Below are positions 62,075-64,000 of a stretch of 64,000 nt of DNA, in pieces. Source of the DNA: Candidatus Levybacteria bacterium RIFCSPHIGHO2_01_FULL_37_17 (GTDB lineage: Bacteria > Patescibacteriota > Microgenomatia > Levybacterales > UBA12049); NCBI GenBank assembly GCA_001782035.1, contig MFNL01000001.1, positions 212,648 through 276,647 of the forward strand. The letters run 5' to 3'. Made by a program: the position numbers and the translations under genes. Position 1 is the stretch's first letter. Every line of letters starts with the position of its first letter. A model generated the notes under the pieces. It was not told the origin of the DNA. It searched no databases and saw nothing but the letters and a program-made list of their open reading frames with translations.

Positions 62075-63094
62075 ATGAAGCTTCTGGTAACTGGAGGAGC
62101 GGGATTTATAGGCTCGCATTTTATAAACCATCGGTTGGCCAATCATTCGCAAGACTCAATAATTAATCTAGATAATTTAACCTATGCTGCAAGCCTTGTG
62201 AATTTACAGCAGGTAATGGAAAGCCCTAGGTATAAATTTATTAAAGGTGATATTTCAAGCATGGCTTTAATTGAAGAAGTTATGCAGGGAGTGGACGTAG
62301 TTGTGCATTTTGCTGCAGAAACACACGTTGATAGGTCGATTCTTGACCCCTGGCCGTTTATACAATCAAATATAGTTGGAACTTATACTCTGCTTGAAGT
62401 TGCAAAAAAGATGAAAGTAAAAAGATTCCATCATATCTCAACAGATGAAGTTTTTGGCTCATTAGAGTTACAAAGTAACGAAAAGTTTAACGAGAATACG
62501 CTTTATAGCCCGCGTAGTCCATATTCCGCAACAAAAGCAGGCTCAGACCATTTAGTAAGGGCTTATTACCATACTTATGGACTCCCTGTGACTATAAGTA
62601 ATTGTTCTAATAATTTCGGTCCTGCTATGTATCCTGAAAAATTGATTCCCCTTGCAATAACAAGTGCCCTTGAAAACAAGAAAATACCAATTCATGGCGA
62701 CGGCAAAAACGAAAGAGACTGGCTGTTTGTCGAGGACCATATATCTGCAATAGAGCTAATTTTAGAGGAAGGTAAAATTGGAGAAACCTATCTTGTCGGG
62801 GGACTTAAAAATGGTGTTTCTAACGTTGATATTGTTAAAAAGATCTTAAAAATACTCAAAAAAGATGAAGATCTTATAAAGTTTGTTGATGATAGGCCAG
62901 GAAATGACAGAAAGTATGACATTGACTGGAGCAAAATTAATAAACAGTTAGGCTGGGAACCTAAATATAACTTGGATAAAGCTTTAGAATTAACCATTGA
63001 ATGGTACAAGAAAAATGTAGACTGGTGGAAAAAAATAAAAGAAGGGGAGTTTAAGGAATATTACGAAAAACAATTCGGAAAATCCGACCTCTAA
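62075..63094 (+). CDS. rfbB: dTDP-glucose 4,6-dehydratase
   Basis: The sequence MKLLVTGGAGFIGSHF.., YSATKAGSDHL and ..NCSNNFGP.. match RmlB. Confidence 0.9.
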   Translation: MKLLVTGGAGFIGSHFINHRLANHSQDSIINLDNLTYAASLVNLQQVMESPRYKFIKGDISSMALIEEVMQGVDVVVHFAAETHVDRSILDPWPFIQSNIVGTYTLLEVAKKMKVKRFHHISTDEVFGSLELQSNEKFNENTLYSPRSPYSATKAGSDHLVRAYYHTYGLPVTISNCSNNFGPAMYPEKLIPLAITSALENKKIPIHGDGKNERDWLFVEDHISAIELILEEGKIGETYLVGGLKNGVSNVDIVKKILKILKKDEDLIKFVDDRPGNDRKYDIDWSKINKQLGWEPKYNLDKALELTIEWYKKNVDWWKKIKEGEFKEYYEKQFGKSDL

Positions 63095-63097
63095 AAT

Positions 63098-63970
63098 ATG
63101 ATAAAAATTCTTGGAACCGGACTAACCGGACTTGTAGGATCTAGGATAGTAGAACTTTTATCCTCAAAATATTCATTTGAAAATATTTCAAGGGCAACTG
63201 GCATAGATATTACTGATTATCAATCGGTTGAGCAATCTATAAAAAAATCCGAGGCAGAAATAGTTTTGCATGCCGCAGCATTTACCGATGTTAAATTAGC
63301 CGAAAAAGAAAAGGATTTAAAAGAAAAGAGTCAGTGTTACAGAATAAATGTTTTAGGGACGGAAAATGTAACAAGAGCCTGTGAGCTTCTTGGAAAAAAA
63401 ATAATATTCTTCTCAACAGATATGGTAGTAGGGGGAGATACGTATCCAAAAGGAGGGTTCAAAGAGGATGCTGACTACAATCCGTTAAGTTGGTATTCGG
63501 TTACCAAAGCAGCAGCAGAAAAAGTAGTTAAAAAAACTTCGAGCCCTTGGCTAGTAATGCGCTTGGCATATCCATATAGAGCTAAATTTGAAAAACTCGA
63601 TTTTGTACGTCTTTTTATTCAAATGCTTAGAGAGGGAAAAACTATTACGGCTTTAACCGATAGAATTATCTCACCTACTTTTATTGATGATGTAGCGAAT
63701 GCATTGGATGTTTTAATTGAAAGTAATTCAACAGGTTTATACAATACGGTGGGAAGTGAAAAGTTAAACATATATGATGCAGCAATGTTCATTTCGAAAA
63801 TTTTTAACCTTGATAGCTCATTAATTCACAAAACTACAAGAAGAGAGTTTTTGATAGATAGACCCCCAGAACCCTTTTCTTCGGCCCTAAACAATGATAA
63901 AATACAGGAACTTGGTGCCAGGATGCACACCTTTCAAGAGGGATTGAAAATCCTTAAGGATCAAATATGA
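63098..63970 (+). CDS. rfbD: dTDP-4-dehydrorhamnose reductase
   Basis: The sequence MIKILGTGLTGLVGSR.. and ..YSVTKAAAE.. match RmlD. Confidence 0.8.
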   Translation: MIKILGTGLTGLVGSRIVELLSSKYSFENISRATGIDITDYQSVEQSIKKSEAEIVLHAAAFTDVKLAEKEKDLKEKSQCYRINVLGTENVTRACELLGKKIIFFSTDMVVGGDTYPKGGFKEDADYNPLSWYSVTKAAAEKVVKKTSSPWLVMRLAYPYRAKFEKLDFVRLFIQMLREGKTITALTDRIISPTFIDDVANALDVLIESNSTGLYNTVGSEKLNIYDAAMFISKIFNLDSSLIHKTTRREFLIDRPPEPFSSALNNDKIQELGARMHTFQEGLKILKDQI

Positions 63971-64000
63971 TCTTAACTTTTATCGGCCACGGATATGTTG

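Overview
This is a low-GC (roughly 35-40% by eye), gene-dense bacterial chromosome segment. Gene content and order look like a Candidate Phyla Radiation (Patescibacteria) genome using the standard genetic code: TGA is used as a stop and RF2 is present. The first 16 kb hold the conserved S10-spc-alpha ribosomal superoperon (rplC through rplO, then secY, adk, map, a GNAT acetyltransferase, infA, rpmJ, rpsM, rpsK, rpsD, rpoA, rplQ, rplM, rpsI). L30 is missing between S5 and L15, and rpsJ is not upstream of rplC. Downstream on the minus strand lie an isoprenoid cluster (IDI-like NUDIX, ispH, polyprenyl synthase) and a tRNA-Pro(GGG), followed by a DUF2207-like membrane protein. The rest of the window is housekeeping. 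In order: recA-recX behind an unusual palindromic operator, rny, hup and an AI-2E transporter. RNase P RNA (rnpB) is found on the minus strand and was invisible to the ORF track. The minus strand then carries a UvrD-type helicase fused to a Cas4/AddB-like Fe-S nuclease, rmuC, tsaD and a VanW protein. Further along the plus strand come a membrane-anchored solute-binding protein, an AT-rich Pol-beta-type nucleotidyltransferase gene, greA, kbl-tdh, a class I lysyl-tRNA synthetase, rdgB and serS. Upstream of secA is a 14-bp inverted-repeat-bounded cassette with a promoter, a strong-RBS poly-lysine micro-ORF and a terminator. After secA come a thiol-disulfide oxidoreductase pair, ogt, uppP, mntH and prfB without its programmed frameshift. 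The final stretch holds ftsEX with an apparently circularly permuted M23 peptidase, a PT-rich surface protein, tsaE plus a tsaC-tsaB fusion gene, a CAP-domain protein, two GT2 glycosyltransferases and rmlC/rmlB/rmlD. No CRISPR array, transposase, integrase or rRNA gene was found. Every call rests on motif recognition by eye and nothing was searched against a database.
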